64,000 nt of DNA from Camelus ferus. Taxonomy: Eukaryota. The notes below the pieces were generated by a model, which did not search any database, was not told the origin of the DNA, and saw nothing but the letters and a program-made list of their open reading frames with translations. The DNA lies in the NCBI RefSeq assembly GCF_009834535.1, contig NC_045697.1, positions 114,020,001 to 114,084,000 on the forward strand, written 5' to 3'. The position numbers and the translations under genes are program-made. This document shows, one piece after another, positions 1-13,900 of this stretch. Each line of letters starts with the position of its first letter. The stretch's first letter is position 1.

Positions 1-559
1 ATTAAGAAAGCATAATTGTCCAAATTCAAATCTTTCAAAGGCATGTATTGTTTTAGAGGATAAAGAAATAGAATTATTTTAAGAGATGGCAGTTAGTTTA
101 ATCAAACAATAGCAAATCAATGAGATTTCAGGAAAAAGAAAATTAAATGACTTAACTGTCCAGGCCAAATTTAAGATAGCTAATTCTCAAATATAATGTT
201 ACATATTGTTTTTCTTTTAAAAGTTAGCATCTAAATTTAGCATTTTTATTACACAATATAAGATTTGGAAGGATGAGTTTACTGTGTCCTTTCATTCAAT
301 ACGAAGAGTTTTAGTTGATACAGCACATTGATCAATACAGACTATCAATAAAACTCAGGAAGCCATTAAAACAGGCTTTTTGAAATTTAAATGCAATCAT
401 GGTTTTATATTTAGAAAATAAGGAATGTGAAAGTTTCCTTATGTAAAAGAAGTTTATAACAACTGCATTGGAAAGAGTCTTTGTTATTCAAAGATTAAAA
501 ACAGATGGGAAACCAGTACGTCAAAAAATAGTTCATAATTTTATGGATGATAGACAGGA

Positions 560-1400
560 GAAGAAAAGAATGAAGTGAAAATAATGGAGTGAGATAACAA
601 AAGCAAACAATGATAACCACATCATAGTTAAAGGACTAATCTCAGAAGAGTTAAGGACATGTGGGCGATTAAATGATGTTAAGATGTAACAAAGGAACTG
701 GAAGAGTCAGTAGGATCACAAGGGAGGGCATTTAGAATACTATTTGAAAAGAAAAGGGAAAAAGCACAATTTAAAATAGTAGCATATAACACAAATAATA
801 AATAGATGAATTATGCAAACTTAAGACAACAGACTATCAGTATCTTTTATAAGAAACTGGAGAGAATCCGACTAGACAACATTTTGTTTATGGAGAAACT
901 TGATTTGAGGACCATTTGCAAAATTTATTAGAAGAGAAGTGTATGGCTTTTATTATTATTATCATCATTCTTTTTTAGAAAACATGAACGCTTTGAAAAT
1001 ATTGCTTAGTGTGCACAAAAAAAGGCTCAATTATGCAACTAAGTTGTATGAGTAAAAATACATACTGTTAAGCATTCTTTAAGTAAACTTTATTGTAACA
1101 TACCTTTTAATTATAAAAGAGTATATGAGGAAGATCAAAATATTATTAGATATTTAATTATACTGATTAATAATCAATCCCACATTGATTTCTTACTTCA
1201 ACAGTATATGGAGATTGATATGAAATGAGGATGGGAAATGTCAAGTGTGTGAATGTAAATTGTTCCCAGAAGAAACTTAAAAGAGGGAAAATATAGTGTG
1301 TGTATTATCTGCATTTACTAAGGCAGGTAAAGCAGGTACTAAGAAAAGAAGGTTTCAACTTACTTTAGGAAATTCTAATAGGAATTGAACTAAGCCAAAA
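560..1400 (+). mobile_element. Possible very ancient non-LTR retrotransposon remnant (L4/RTE-like)
   Basis: Purine-biased stretch with faint resemblance to decayed RT coding sequence; no ORF and boundaries uncertain. Confidence 0.2.
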
Positions 1401-2859
1401 GCAACATAATGATCCTGAATCTCTGAACAAGCACTTTACCTTTCATGATGTTAATTGTGGTCAGGTATGTTGAAAAATGTCCTTAAATATTTTCAAAAAT
1501 GTGTCACAGGATGTAAATAAGATACATAATATACCTCTTGATAAAGCATCTCATGAAAGGCAATAATATTTTTAAAAAGCAAAAACTTATAAAAATCAAA
1601 GACCAAATGAGAGGAGTTGAAAAAAATGAAACAGGAGGGAGGCCTATGACCAAACAAGAACAAAAACAGCGCCTAGAGTTCTCATGTCCTGAGAGGAAAA
1701 CCTAGGGCAGAAGCTGGTTTAAGAAATAAAATAAGAGCATTATGGTGCCAATTGAGAAACTCCAGGATTACAAAGTTCTTTTCTAAAGCGAAGTTAGTCA
1801 AGATGGGATTTGGATAGACTGGAAAACTTGTCTAGGGTATGGCCACAGATTTTTTTTTTGTTTTGTTTGGGACATTGAAAACCAACACCTTAAAACAATT
1901 ACTTTATAGCTATCAGTTAAAAATAAAGTCATTCCACATCAAGCAGGAAAAATAACTATAACTATCACCTTTTTTCCACACTGATACGGTAAAAGGAGAA
2001 TTTCAATCCTGAATATTTTAGAGAAAGTGGCCAGAATGGGTATTTCCACTGTGTTGTAGGAATTTTTAGAGTTCACTGTCTCCATGTGGCTGAATGTGGG
2101 ATTCCAGCCACTTGGAAACTTGTTTTATGGTTGAAAGATGGTCATCACAGCCACTGACTTTTTCACAGTCATCTTCTGACTTCGAATGTCATCGTGTTAC
2201 GTAGCTCAATCTGCTAAATAGCGTAAATTATCCTGTCTTTATAGGAGGACAGCTTGTAAGAACAATGCTTATTGAAACTTGAAATGATGCCAGATATAAC
2301 TCAGGTCTGAAAATGACCAATATCACAGTATAAAAACTGAAGTAAATGAGGGTTATCTAAAAAAAAAAAAAAAAAAAAGAGTTATAATGTATTTAGAAGC
2401 TTACATAGCCTTGTATATTATAAAGCTAGTTTTATTCTTATCAGAAACTAACTCTGAAATTATTTTAGAGAAATCCAATCACCGTTCCAAAACTCAAAGA
2501 CGCTCACTGTGAGTCACAGAGGGTCTGCTGTAACATGGTGCTTATAGTTTCAGCCACCGTTCCACCAATTTGAGTACAAATCTAGCATGAGACCACTATT
2601 CTACAATTTTACAAAATTTTTCAACAACAATTTTTAAGAAAGTCTTGGAGTGAAAAATGTTTAGGGACAAGAGAACAAAGGGCAGAACTGAGTATAAAGA
2701 ATTAATTGAATCCCCCAATAAACACAAACCAACTGAATGTAAACTTCAATTATGATGTGTTTTTATTCTACGTTTCCAACATGATTTTGAGAGAAAGTAT
2801 AAGAAAAGGCTCCTAGGAAGAATTTATTTTAAAGATATTTTAGATGAAGCATACTGAAT

Positions 2860-2950
2860 TCATTCACTCCTCTTAAAGTGAAATTTAAGGAAGTCTTCAG
2901 TTTAACAAGTTCCCCAGTGATTCTTATGCACACTCAAAATTTGAGAAATA
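2860..2950. mobile_element. MER5A-like hAT-Charlie MITE fragment
   Basis: tttaacaagttccccagtgattcttatgcacactcaaaatttgagaa resembles the MER5A terminal part. Confidence 0.55.
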
Positions 2951-4012
2951 CGAATTTTTTTTTCCAGACCTGTGACCTTCGTGCACAATTCAGACATCTG
3001 TGTGGATGTTTCTGATCTCTTAACCTCGACCTTCTTTGTAGCCCAATCATTCCCTATAGTCCCCTTAAAATTTGAGCGTGATCTTGCCCTGTTCTCTCCA
3101 TGTTTATAGACATAACCATTTCCTATTTTTCTGAGTTACAGATTATGCTATTTACAGGCTATTATTAGCTTTCCCATTCCACTGTGGCTCTTGACTTCTC
3201 CTGACCATTGTGATTCTTCATGCACTGACTTGGCAGACCAATATGGTATTAACAGGCATCTGAAACAGAAGGTGGTTTGTACATGACAATACTGATGATC
3301 TTACATAGACCTCAATAAATACGCAGTAACTGATATTATGTTCATTTCCATCTACTTCTCAATTTCCAATGAGGCTAAATTTGACAGCTTTGAATCTAAT
3401 TAGATTATTCTCCTGCATCTTGATTTTTATTTGACTTCACAAAAGTTTGAAATGTGAATACTTTAACCCAACCACAGCACGCACATATAAGAATGTATTA
3501 TGATTTCAATTATGCCTGAAGTTCTGGGGCTAATTTTTCCATTGTGAGAACTGAAAATCTCTGACTACCAATGAGTGTAAGAAATTAACACATGACTCCT
3601 GGCCTTTTTCTTTTCCTCCTTCACTCCTGTTGCATCACAAGTATTAGCCACTCAGCACCTGTTGGGGTTCCAATACCAAATAGTTTTAGATTGTCTCAGA
3701 CGTTTGTTACCTTCTCACACTTTTAGAAATTTTGACTGTTATTTGAAAGATATGCATGTAGCTTTCTAACTATTTAAGAAGTTTATAAGATTTCTACCTT
3801 ATTTTAAAAAGATTTCCTCAATGATCTTGAGATGTTGTTCCTTAAATTTCAAATCGATAGAATCACACCTGTTCAAAGAGTGAAGAACTAATGAACTTGC
3901 TTTCCGATACAGTTATGCATTGTTTTAGATGTAATAATGAATTGTAACCTTGAAAGACTGTAGGCTAATTGATTTTTCTCTCTTAACTAAGAGTGTGAAT
4001 ATATCACACCTT

Positions 4013-4051
4013 CTTTATTCTTTGACTTTATTCAAAGACTTTATTCTTTGA
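4013..4051. repeat. 13-bp tandem repeat x3 (ctttattctttga)
   Basis: Directly visible; the middle unit reads ctttattcaaaga. Confidence 0.9.
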
Positions 4052-5654
4052 CACAAAGTAGTGTATCCCCCTTATATTAGTTTAGAAATCTAATCCATTT
4101 AAATTGTATGTCAACCTAAAAATGTTCAAATAATACTCTAATTGAATAGACGACAAGTTGAAAATCTGAAGTTGATCAGATGTATTCTCACTTTTGGAAA
4201 ACCAACATAAACATTTGATCTATTTCCCTGTCACTTGATACCTTTGCTTTCTTTTATGGCCACTGATTTAGATGAAAGGTTTATAATTCCAGTCTAGCCT
4301 TGTCCCTAACTCTTGGAACATCTTCCTCAACACTGATGTCCCAGAACAACACATAAAGGACCCTGATCTACACCACCCTCCCCCTCATGTGTCTCATTAC
4401 CTGTTCCAAGCTTCACAAGTATATATGTACCTTCTCTAGCTTATAACTATTAATGGAATCAATTAAGAATGCACACACCTGTAATTGGCTAAATACTGAA
4501 ATTTTCTCATAATACGTCCCACTATTTCAGAATGTGTTTGTGGCATACTACGTTCTCATTGCCAATACCCCAGCATTATATCTTCCCAAATATAAAAATG
4601 GATGGAATACAAAGTGAAATTAAAGTTAACATTTAAAGAGCAATTGTAGGCATGTTTCGTAACCTCAAAGATGCATTTTTATTGTTTCTTCAAGCAAAAT
4701 AGCTCAAGTAGTTGTAAATATATTTAACTTTGCATACAGGTCTATATTGTGCATAAGGCAAAAACATTAAAAATAATAGAACATACTTTTTGTATAATAA
4801 ATCTTGGATAATTTTTGTAATTATAAATCTTAAAAATGTATAAGAATTTATAAAGAATCTATATTAATTCTTAAATCTTCTTGCAGTGAGTTTTTGATAA
4901 TATGAATAATTTTTTAAATTATTTCAAGATACTTGTTCTGCTTAAATTTTAGCTCTGTGGAGTTATTTGTTTTGTTTTGTTTTGTTTTGTTTTCCCAATA
5001 ATGTAATGTCAGAGGATGTGAAGAGTTTATCAGAAATACTAACCATCTATCAGTAGAGCCCTTGAGGGAAATCCAGGTTAGGAAGGACTAACAGATGGAA
5101 AGCTTGTCCAGTCCCACTAGAAAGCTATGGTTTAGTGAAGTGAGGTTCCTGGAATTTAAAGATTAGATAAAAATAGAAGCTGCTTGTCAGCTCGGCTCAG
5201 CCACGGTGCTAATCGGGCAGGTGGTCCACACACTCCATCCCCTCAGGACCTATTTGCAACCTGCTGCACACGGCCTTTTATATGAAGCAGCAGTTTCAAT
5301 CATACACCTGTGCAGACACATGATATCAAGTCTCCATGCATCAACGTATTTCCTCTGTGATAATGAAATTCACAAAAGATGTTTTAAGTTGTCTTTTTAG
5401 TTTAGTTTGTTGGAATTTGGCATTTAGATAAATTCTTTTCCTATCACTCATTAGAAAATAATTCTGATATACAATAACATATAAAAATAATTGAATAAGC
5501 CCCTATGGGGGTTGTCAAAGAAAGAAATAAGATAGCAAAAATATTGTTTAAGCCCCTCTGTACCTCTTCCCAACGATATTCCTTACTTAATTACCTCTTT
5601 AAAAGCGTTATACTATTCTACTTACTTGGATGAGTTTTTTAAAATTACAAATTT

Positions 5655-5942
5655 CAGACTCACAGACATAGAAAACAAATTATGGTTCCCAAAGGTGAAA
5701 GGGAAAGGGAGAGATAAATCAGGAGTTTGGGATTAACAGGTACACATTACTATATATAAAATAGATAAACAACAAGGACCTACTATACAACACAGAGAAC
5801 TATATTCAATTTCTTATAATAACAATCTGAAAAGAAAAAATGTATATATGTATATGTATAACTGAATCTCTTTGCTGTACACCTGAAACTAACATTGTCG
5901 ATCAACTACAATTCAATAGAAAATAAAATTTAAAAGAAGAAA
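5655..5942 (+). mobile_element. 5'-truncated L1 3' UTR fragment (cetartiodactyl type)
   Basis: cagactcacagacatagaaaacaaattatggtt...gataaacaacaaggacctact...ctgtacacctgaaactaaca followed by an A-rich tail; homologous to 41722-41950. Confidence 0.9.
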
Positions 5943-5944
5943 GT

Positions 5945-6430
5945 GTTTTCCTTGAATTTTGTGTTAAGCACTCCCATTGTATTCTTTGCAAGTTTAATAT
6001 ATATGGATATGTTGATAAATGATAGTGATTTTATGTGTTAGAAAATGTTACAGAATTGTAACATTTTATTTAATCATAATGATTTCAATAGCTTCAATTT
6101 ATTTATTTCCTCTATAATTAATACTCCACTTATAAATATGCCACATTTACCAGATGAAGGATAGTTTGTTTCAGATTTTTATTACAGTTGTTGCTAGGAG
6201 CATTCTGATACATTTTTCCAAAAGCACGTATGCAGACATTACTCTAGTATACATTATCAAAAGTGGGTTTGCTACTTCACAATATATCTGCATATCCAAA
6301 TCTAGTTGATATTCACAAATAACTCTACACATGTTGTCAAACAGTAGTATTTCTGATGACATCTGGTGGCAGTCAGCTGCGTTGATTCCAGTTTCTTTGG
6401 TTGAGCTGTTCAGATTTGTCTTCCGCTTCT
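5945..6430 (-). mobile_element. Ancient L1ME-like 3' region fragment
   Basis: Degenerate similarity to the antisense L1M 3' end (gttgctaggagcattctgatacat...aaagtgggtttgct). Confidence 0.5.
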
Positions 6431-6480
6431 CCAATTCTTCAGCTTGGTGCTGTTCAACCTGTTAACTAGTTAGGTCATTT

Positions 6481-6915
6481 TGTTACCAAGTCCAAACTCG
6501 TTCTGCTCACCGCACGACAGGCCAATAAATCGGGAGACGAAGTATTGGGGCAAGGAATAGCGACTTTATTAGGAAAGCCAGCAGACCGAGAGGACGGCAG
6601 ATTAATGTCTTGGAGAACCATCCTCCCCCAGAATATAGGCTCCCTTTATACAAAAAAAAAAAAGGTGGGGGGAGTTGGGGGTGTGGTTTGTTGTTGCAAA
6701 CTTCTTGGTGTTGGAATTACCTGTTCCCACAGCTGTCACGTGGGCCAGCTCATGGTGTCCCTGTAAACCACAAAACAAATGTTATTCTCTATTCTGCAAC
6801 TTGTTATCTTTACATGAGTGCAGAGCTAGCAAGACCAAGCCTAGAAAACAGGACACAGGGTTAAAGCCAAAGGAACAGATCTAATATGGAGTCAGATTTG
6901 TTCTTTTCTATTACA
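6481..6915 (-). mobile_element. Solo LTR, ERV1 class, MER41-like cetartiodactyl family (copy 1)
   Basis: TG...CA termini, 4-bp TSD ATTT (6477-6480 / 6916-6919), minus-strand AATAAA (ctttatt near 6563); homologous to 40356 and 48938. Confidence 0.9.
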
Positions 6916-7739
6916 ATTTTTAATTAGCTCGGTACACATTTAAAAGGGTCCCACCCCTTACTTGTATGTCTCTAATTCTCTGCATCTCCTTAAATATTTT
7001 AATCTCTTCATTTTATATTCTATGTCCAGTAACCCCAATGGTTGAGACATGGGACAGCCTAGCTAGTCTATTTTTGCTTCCACTGACATTCACATGACAT
7101 AAATGGCAGTTTGGATTCTGAGATTCTGTTCTTTTAATTCCTGTCTTTGAGAACCTTGTCAGTCATGAGCCAAGAACACAGATTACCAGATATGAAAACC
7201 TCTCTGCTTTAAGGATCTTAAAGCTTTACCAAAGTACAAACACTTTAAATTTATTTCTTGAGTTTTGATGGCCATATCAGTGATATAAATTTGCATTTCA
7301 AATCTTTATGAGGACATGCCCATAGTTACGGATACGAAGGAAATTATCTTCCCCCAGCTAGAGCTCAGCCTAGAAATGGCATATTCCATCGTTGCTTCTA
7401 CTTGCTAAAGATCTTATTTTTTAAAAAATTATGTGGATATGTATGTACGCATCTCTTCTGTTTGAATTCCATACAAAACAGCTAATTAAGGCATGTTAAG
7501 TACCTGTTATCCTCATCTAGTGAAATGAATTATCTTTTTATTTTTTTCTCTCTATGAGTATGTATCTGTGTGTTTATCTACCTACCTGCCAATCATCTAT
7601 GTACCTACCAATCATTTACCCACCATTGTATCAATCGCTCTGTCTTTTTATCTTCATTCTCTATTTAACTCTTTCCCTATGTCAACCAGTTTAATTTGTT
7701 CGATGACTAAGTTTTCTCTGTGCGTACTCTCATAAACCT

Positions 7740-10240
7740 GTATATTCTTGTGTTTTTGTGTTTTGAATTCACATAAAAAGCATTGCTTTTGTTCTTGTGC
7801 CATTGATTAATTTCTTGTTCAGTACTTTGTTTTTAAGATCTTTCACGACATTTGATTATTGTTTCTATTTGTTGAACGCCCAGTCTTCACAAATCAGGTC
7901 TCCTAGTGATGACCACGTCAGCTGCCACCAGTGCCTTTTACCACAAACAACGCCGTAATGGCCATCCTGCTACCCTGTGCCTTATGGAACTTGTGAGAAT
8001 TTCTAAGCGTTTATAGTATATTGTTTGCAGAAAATTGTTTTTACTTGATTGCTCTAGTCTCAACAAAAAAGTAGTGCATCTTTTGTCATTTTATGTTTTC
8101 TTGAAAATTGTTTCTAATATATGAAACATTTATTTCCTAAACATATAGTAGAACTCATCTGCTAAAGTATTCGGGTCTTTGGATTTCGGAAGAGAGATTT
8201 TTCATGGCAATTTCAGGCATTTCTGTTGTTTTGTTTGTATTTGTGGTGGTGTTTTTAAAAAAATTTTACTTACCTATGCAGAGGTAAATAAAAATACTAT
8301 ACTATTATGATATTTTGCATTTTTTCCAGAAATATATCATTTACATATACAATTATTAGATGAGACATATTAGAATATACTATTTCAGTACACTTTACAT
8401 TAAATCTTAGTTTTCTGTATTTCCAATTTTCTTCATACCACATTTTGTTTACTCTTAACATTCTTTTACTTTTCAATTCAGTCTTGCAAAGCATTTGTCT
8501 TATTCATCTTCACAAAAAGAAAGTCCCAATTTAAATTTTGTTTATATTCTTTATTTCTTTTTGTTCTGTATTTCCCTGATACCTACCCTTCTTGTTCCTT
8601 TTTGTTTGTGCTGCAGCTATGTTTTAACCTCTTAAGTTGAATGCGTGGTTTGAATTTTATAACCTTTCTTATTTCCTGATAATTAAAGCAATAAATTTCC
8701 TCCAAAAGTTGTTTTTCGAGCGCTCCATGCATTTTGTCATGCAGTGATTTCCTTTGCTTCAATCTAAATATTTCAGAATCATTTCATGGTTTCCTTTTTA
8801 ATCGAAAGATGGTTTAGTAATCCATTATTTAGATTCTGGTTACAGGGTACTAATTTCAGCATCATTTTGTTATTATTCCAACATTGCTGATTATTATCTG
8901 GTAAAATTATATGCATAATTTTCCCATCGGTTTTTATGATGCTCCATTTATGACCTAATACATATTCAGTTGTTATAAGTGTGACATGCGTGCTTTAAAA
9001 CAATGCATGTTGTCTTCATTGTGTACAGGATTCTTTACCTCTCTAATAGCTTGAGCGGGTTCTTTTTAGATCTCATGGCTCAGACTGTGCCTTGCTTGAA
9101 TGTTCGGTTTCTGGGATGTTGTTAAAGACCACACCACCGCTTGTTGGCCCACTTGTTTATTTGTATATATATATTGCTTATCTCGCCACTGAATCATGAT
9201 TTTATATAATTAATTTATACATTAATTCAGTGATAAGTCTACTAGATGAATATGTGTTGATGATGGTTCTATCTTCTTGTTCTATGCTTCCTGTTACGAC
9301 TATAATTTTTCTCTAATACCGTCACCATATTTGCCATATTTTTTTTTACAAGCATGTGATCTCAGAGTCTAGTATTGCCATGTCAAATATCTTTTTGTTC
9401 TTATTTGAATAGATAGATGTAACTGGACATTTTTGTCTTTTAAGCACTTCCTGAAGACAGCATATTGCTAGACCTTATTTTTTGACCCATCAGAATTTTA
9501 AATGGTTAATTTAAACCATTTTCAATTATTATTTATTACTCCTACATTTGGTTTTGTTTTTGCTATCTGCTGTTTATATTTCATATGTGTTTTACTGTAC
9601 TTTTTTGTTCATTTTACTTTTTTCTTTCATTGTATAGGCATCATTTTCTTGAATTGGTCTAAATGTTATCATTTGGTTTTAATCATTATTGTAGGAAATC
9701 CATACTTAAAACTCAGATTTATATTCTATTTATTGATTTATTAATTTCCTTAATATTTATATCTTCCCATAGAACAACACACATTTTATTTAGATTAGAC
9801 TCAAACCCCTTTGTTTAATTCTGCCTCTCCTCCCAAAACACAGCAAGTTGGTAGTCAGTATCTCTCCCTTTACCTTAAGAACTAGTTTTTATTTCCTTTT
9901 TCTTTTTTAAGTCCTTGTTATTTAGGCAACAATATATCTGATGTCATGAGGTTATTTTCTTTGTAATTCTTCTGGAGTCTTTTCTCTCATCTTAATAAAA
10001 TATTTTCTCAAAGAGTGACTTTCAAAGTGAAAGAAGAAAGAAAGTCATACAGTGGAGAATTCTGCTGAATTATTGACAACTGAAAATATTGAAGCTATTT
10101 TTTTTTGCCACCCTTATGCCTAAGGATATTTTATTATGAACTCACACATAAATGTTAAGAAATAAACTTAGTAATATAAAACATTCCATTGTCTTATTAC
10201 AAGTACATTGCTATTGAGAAGTCTGGTATCTATATAATTA

Positions 10241-10282
<42 letters not shown>

Positions 10283-10950
10283 TCTTTATGGAATTTAAAT
10301 ATATATACTTATATATACATGCTATATATACATACATGTTATATGCCTTTGTCATTGATCTCTTTCTATTTCACTCAATGCAAGTAGTTTTAAATTTCTT
10401 CTTATATCCTAATTAATACTTTTTAAGCTCTCTTGATTCTAGACTAATTGAACATTGTGGATAATGCATTTTCACTATTTCTTCTACTCTTTTCTGCGTT
10501 CATTTTTAGATTGCTGTTTTTCCTGGAATTCCTATCAACAGTCGATGGCATTACTACTTAGAAGACTTATATCACTTAGCATCATTGATAGATTTTCTAA
10601 CTCTCTTTTCAGGATTTTTTGTCTTAATTAAGTCTACACTTCACTAACCGTTGAGTTTCCTTCATCCTGCTTTTTAATTCATTTCTCACTTCATCATTTC
10701 AACTATTATATTTTTTATATTTGATATATCTACTTAGTTTTTTCTCTATGATTACTTATTATTTCACTTACTAAAACATTTTCTTCAATATGCCCATCAT
10801 GTTTATTTTAAAATTGTAATTATTTCACATGGTTTATGTTGTCTATTTTGCCTTTGATGGACCTTCCAGTAATTGTATTTGAGTTCAACTATTTTAGTAA
10901 TTGTACTTCTAAGGTGACTAGTTGTTTTGATCTGCAAAATCATGTTCCAA
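7740..10950 (-). mobile_element. Ancient, highly decayed L1M/L1ME fragments
   Basis: T-rich strand bias with degenerate antisense L1 motifs (aaagcaataaatttcctc, catgcgtgctttaaaacaatgcatgttg, ttgctattgagaagtctg). Confidence 0.6.
10241..10281. repeat. (TTA)n microsatellite
   Basis: About 13 perfect units; explains the poly-Leu ORF 10189-10416. Confidence 0.95.
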
Positions 10951-13900
10951 TGGGAAGATGTTATCTAAGTTGAGAAGGGCAGATAGTCAGGCACTGTTCT
11001 CTGTTAATCCTGATTTGATTTGAGAGAAAGAGGTCACAGAGTTAAAATCCTTAGGCACCAAAGAAGGTCTCTGATCTTCCAGGTGCTACAAATATTCCCT
11101 GAGCTCCTATACTGAGAAGTTTACCTTTTAACACTTCGAAAGGAAGAGCTTTGTGTAGGTCTAATGCCCTTAGACTGCAATCCATAAATCTTCGTGATTT
11201 TGAAATACAGTAGATAAAGAATTACATGAGCAAGAATATATAATCAGCCAGCCTACGCCAGCTGGGGGTTTGGGCTGCACTGAGAGTATCCTGTGGGCAG
11301 TGGGCTTTGGGGGTTTTGCTGCAGACATATGTGTTATGGTACCATTGGAAAGGGCATTAATAAGATTTTTGTCGCTAGGTAGAGGTGGAAGCAAGAGCAA
11401 ATCTCCAAAGATTTCCCTCAGTCCTTCTTTCCATCACTCTTAATTGGTCACCTGCACCAATTAATCTCTGATCTTCCCAATGGTTTATTATATTTTGTAG
11501 TCTCTTACTTGCATGTTTTAATCTTATCTTTGTATATTCTCACAAAGAATCAGCAGGTGGTACCAGTTGAAAATACATGTCCCCAGTCCATTTCAAGGGT
11601 TTAATATTATGCCAACATCTCAGTTCTGACACTTCCATTTGCACTGTTCCAAGATCATTTGTCCATGTCCCCACATAGGGTGTACTGAGTGGGACAGACA
11701 CTCAATGTTTCAGTGTCAGTTTCCAGCTACCTCCTCTGCTTTTGGACCCTGTATCTCTGAGAAGACTTTTTTTCCCCAGAATATCTAGTGGGAAGAAAAT
11801 AATATGCCTATGGAGTCAATAAGGTTTTAATTGTCAGATTTAGATATGTGTGTGTATAATACGAAATGTATTTATGAAGCTGATGTGTTTTCCAGAGCGG
11901 GGAGAAAATAATACTAGCAGCAGTGGGGAGATCAGAGTTACTGTTGACCACCCAGGTTGTGCCTTGGTCTGTAATATGCTATTAAGTGTCATCTGTAAAC
12001 TATTCTGAGATTTTACGTATTCTGTGTCTTGCCTGTTTTCATCCTTCAGAGGAGACTGTGAGTTTTTTGAGGGAAGAGGCTTTGATAACAATTGTAAACA
12101 GGAGGTGACGTCAGCAAGATGGAGGGCTAGGAGGTTCCGCGGCCCTTCGCCCCCAGAAACAATAAATAAATGACTATGAACTGATGAAAGTAGCTCTGGG
12201 AAAGGAGCTCTAGAAAAGGAGCAGCAGAAACCAAAATCTGAGGATGGCCACACAGAAAAACGTAAGAAATATTTTATCTGCATCCTTCAGTCCAGAGCAG
12301 CTCAGCTCCAAGAGGTATTTGGGTACTTGGAAGTTTTTTATCCCATACAAGCCTCACTGCCGTGGATATCTAAAGCCTTTGCTACTGAAGACCCTCAAAG
12401 TCTTCTCCGGCAGTGGACTCAGCTGATGGAGATGTCCAGGGCTCCTGCCTCTGTGTCTGCTCTCTGGAGGCCCCACTCACTGCCTCACTGCTGTGCCCTG
12501 CTCCCAGGATTGGAACAGCACAGTGCCTCACTACATACACACAGGACCGGCACTGCTGCTCTGCACCCTCCCTCCTCACCCAGCCCAGGTTCTAAAGCAA
12601 GGCTTTGATCTGCCGTCACTGTGGCTGTGCTGTTGCACCTGTGTGACTGGCCACTGGAATTCTGAGTTACAGCTTCGTTCCGCCATCACTGGGGTAAGCT
12701 TCTGCTGTTCCATGATTACCCCAGGTCCTAGGCTTCAGCTTTGACCCACCATCTCCAGTCTGCACTGCTGCAGCTCTGTGGTTGGAGTCCCAGGTTGTGA
12801 CTTGGACTCATCATTACTGGAGCTGAGTGGCTACTGTTCTGCAATTGTCTCCTGGGGCTGGGGTCAGGACTTTGACCCAACTTCCCCAGAGCATGCTGCT
12901 CCTGCACTCTGTCCCCTAGGCACAAGCCACCACCACTGTACTCTGTTAACCCAGGACCTTGCCACTGCAACATCTTCCCTCATCCCCTGCAACAGCATGA
13001 GTCACTGCAGTGGGTCCCAGAGACCCAGACCCTGATTCCATAGGAGACTGGCACCCTCCTGGACCTCAGACACTGACACCACCACTGCAGCAAGTGTGTT
13101 TACACCCCAGGAGTCAGGCACTTTGGAAGTTCTATGTGCACCTGGTCCCAGGACCCGAGCTTCACTGCTATTCTCAGTGCTAATGTGCTAGACCTGGCGC
13201 CAAGATGGATCCCCAAGGCTAGAACATCCTCCCATGGGTGAAAAAGAATAAGGGGGCTCTAAGCCTTCACCTCTGAGGACTGAAATAGCCCAAGTTACCA
13301 CTGCCATCCACAGAACCTCTGTAGGCTTGGCAACAGAAGAACACCCACTGATTTTGCCAACATTAACCTAGGCTGATGGAATTTCATGTGACCTCCCTGG
13401 AACCAAAACACTGTACCCGCTCAGCCAGTACCCTTGTAATCACGTTCAAGTGAAAGTATTTCCACACTGAACCCAGTCTGGAAAGGCTGGAATTGGTGAC
13501 TGCTCTTTCAAATAAACAAGCATCAGTGTGAAGCTAATGGAAACATGAAAAAGGAAGGAACCATGACACGGTCAAAGGCACACAATAATTTTGCAGTAGC
13601 TGACCCCAAAGTAATGAGATCTGCCAGGTACCCGAAAAATCATTCAAAATAATGATTTTAAGGAAGCTCAGTGAGATGTAAAGGAACACAGATAAGGCAG
13701 TGAACTCAGTAAACAAACACATGAACCAAATGAGTAATTCAACAAAGAGACAGAAATCATAGAAAAGAAACAAACAGAAATCTGGAGCTGAAGAAAATAA
13801 TGAATAAAAATAAAAAAGTCACCAGAGAGCTTCAGTAGCAGGCTTGATCAAGCAGTAAAAAGAATCTGTGAATTTGAAGACAGGTCTCCTGATATTATTG

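Noticed and set aside
10189..10416. ORF with a poly-Leu transmembrane-like stretch
   Set aside because: Produced by the (TTA)n microsatellite inside a decayed L1.
11840..13035. Cluster of overlapping ORFs in GC-richer DNA
   Set aside because: Mostly within the L1 5' UTR; higher GC lowers stop frequency and the peptides show no recognisable protein features.
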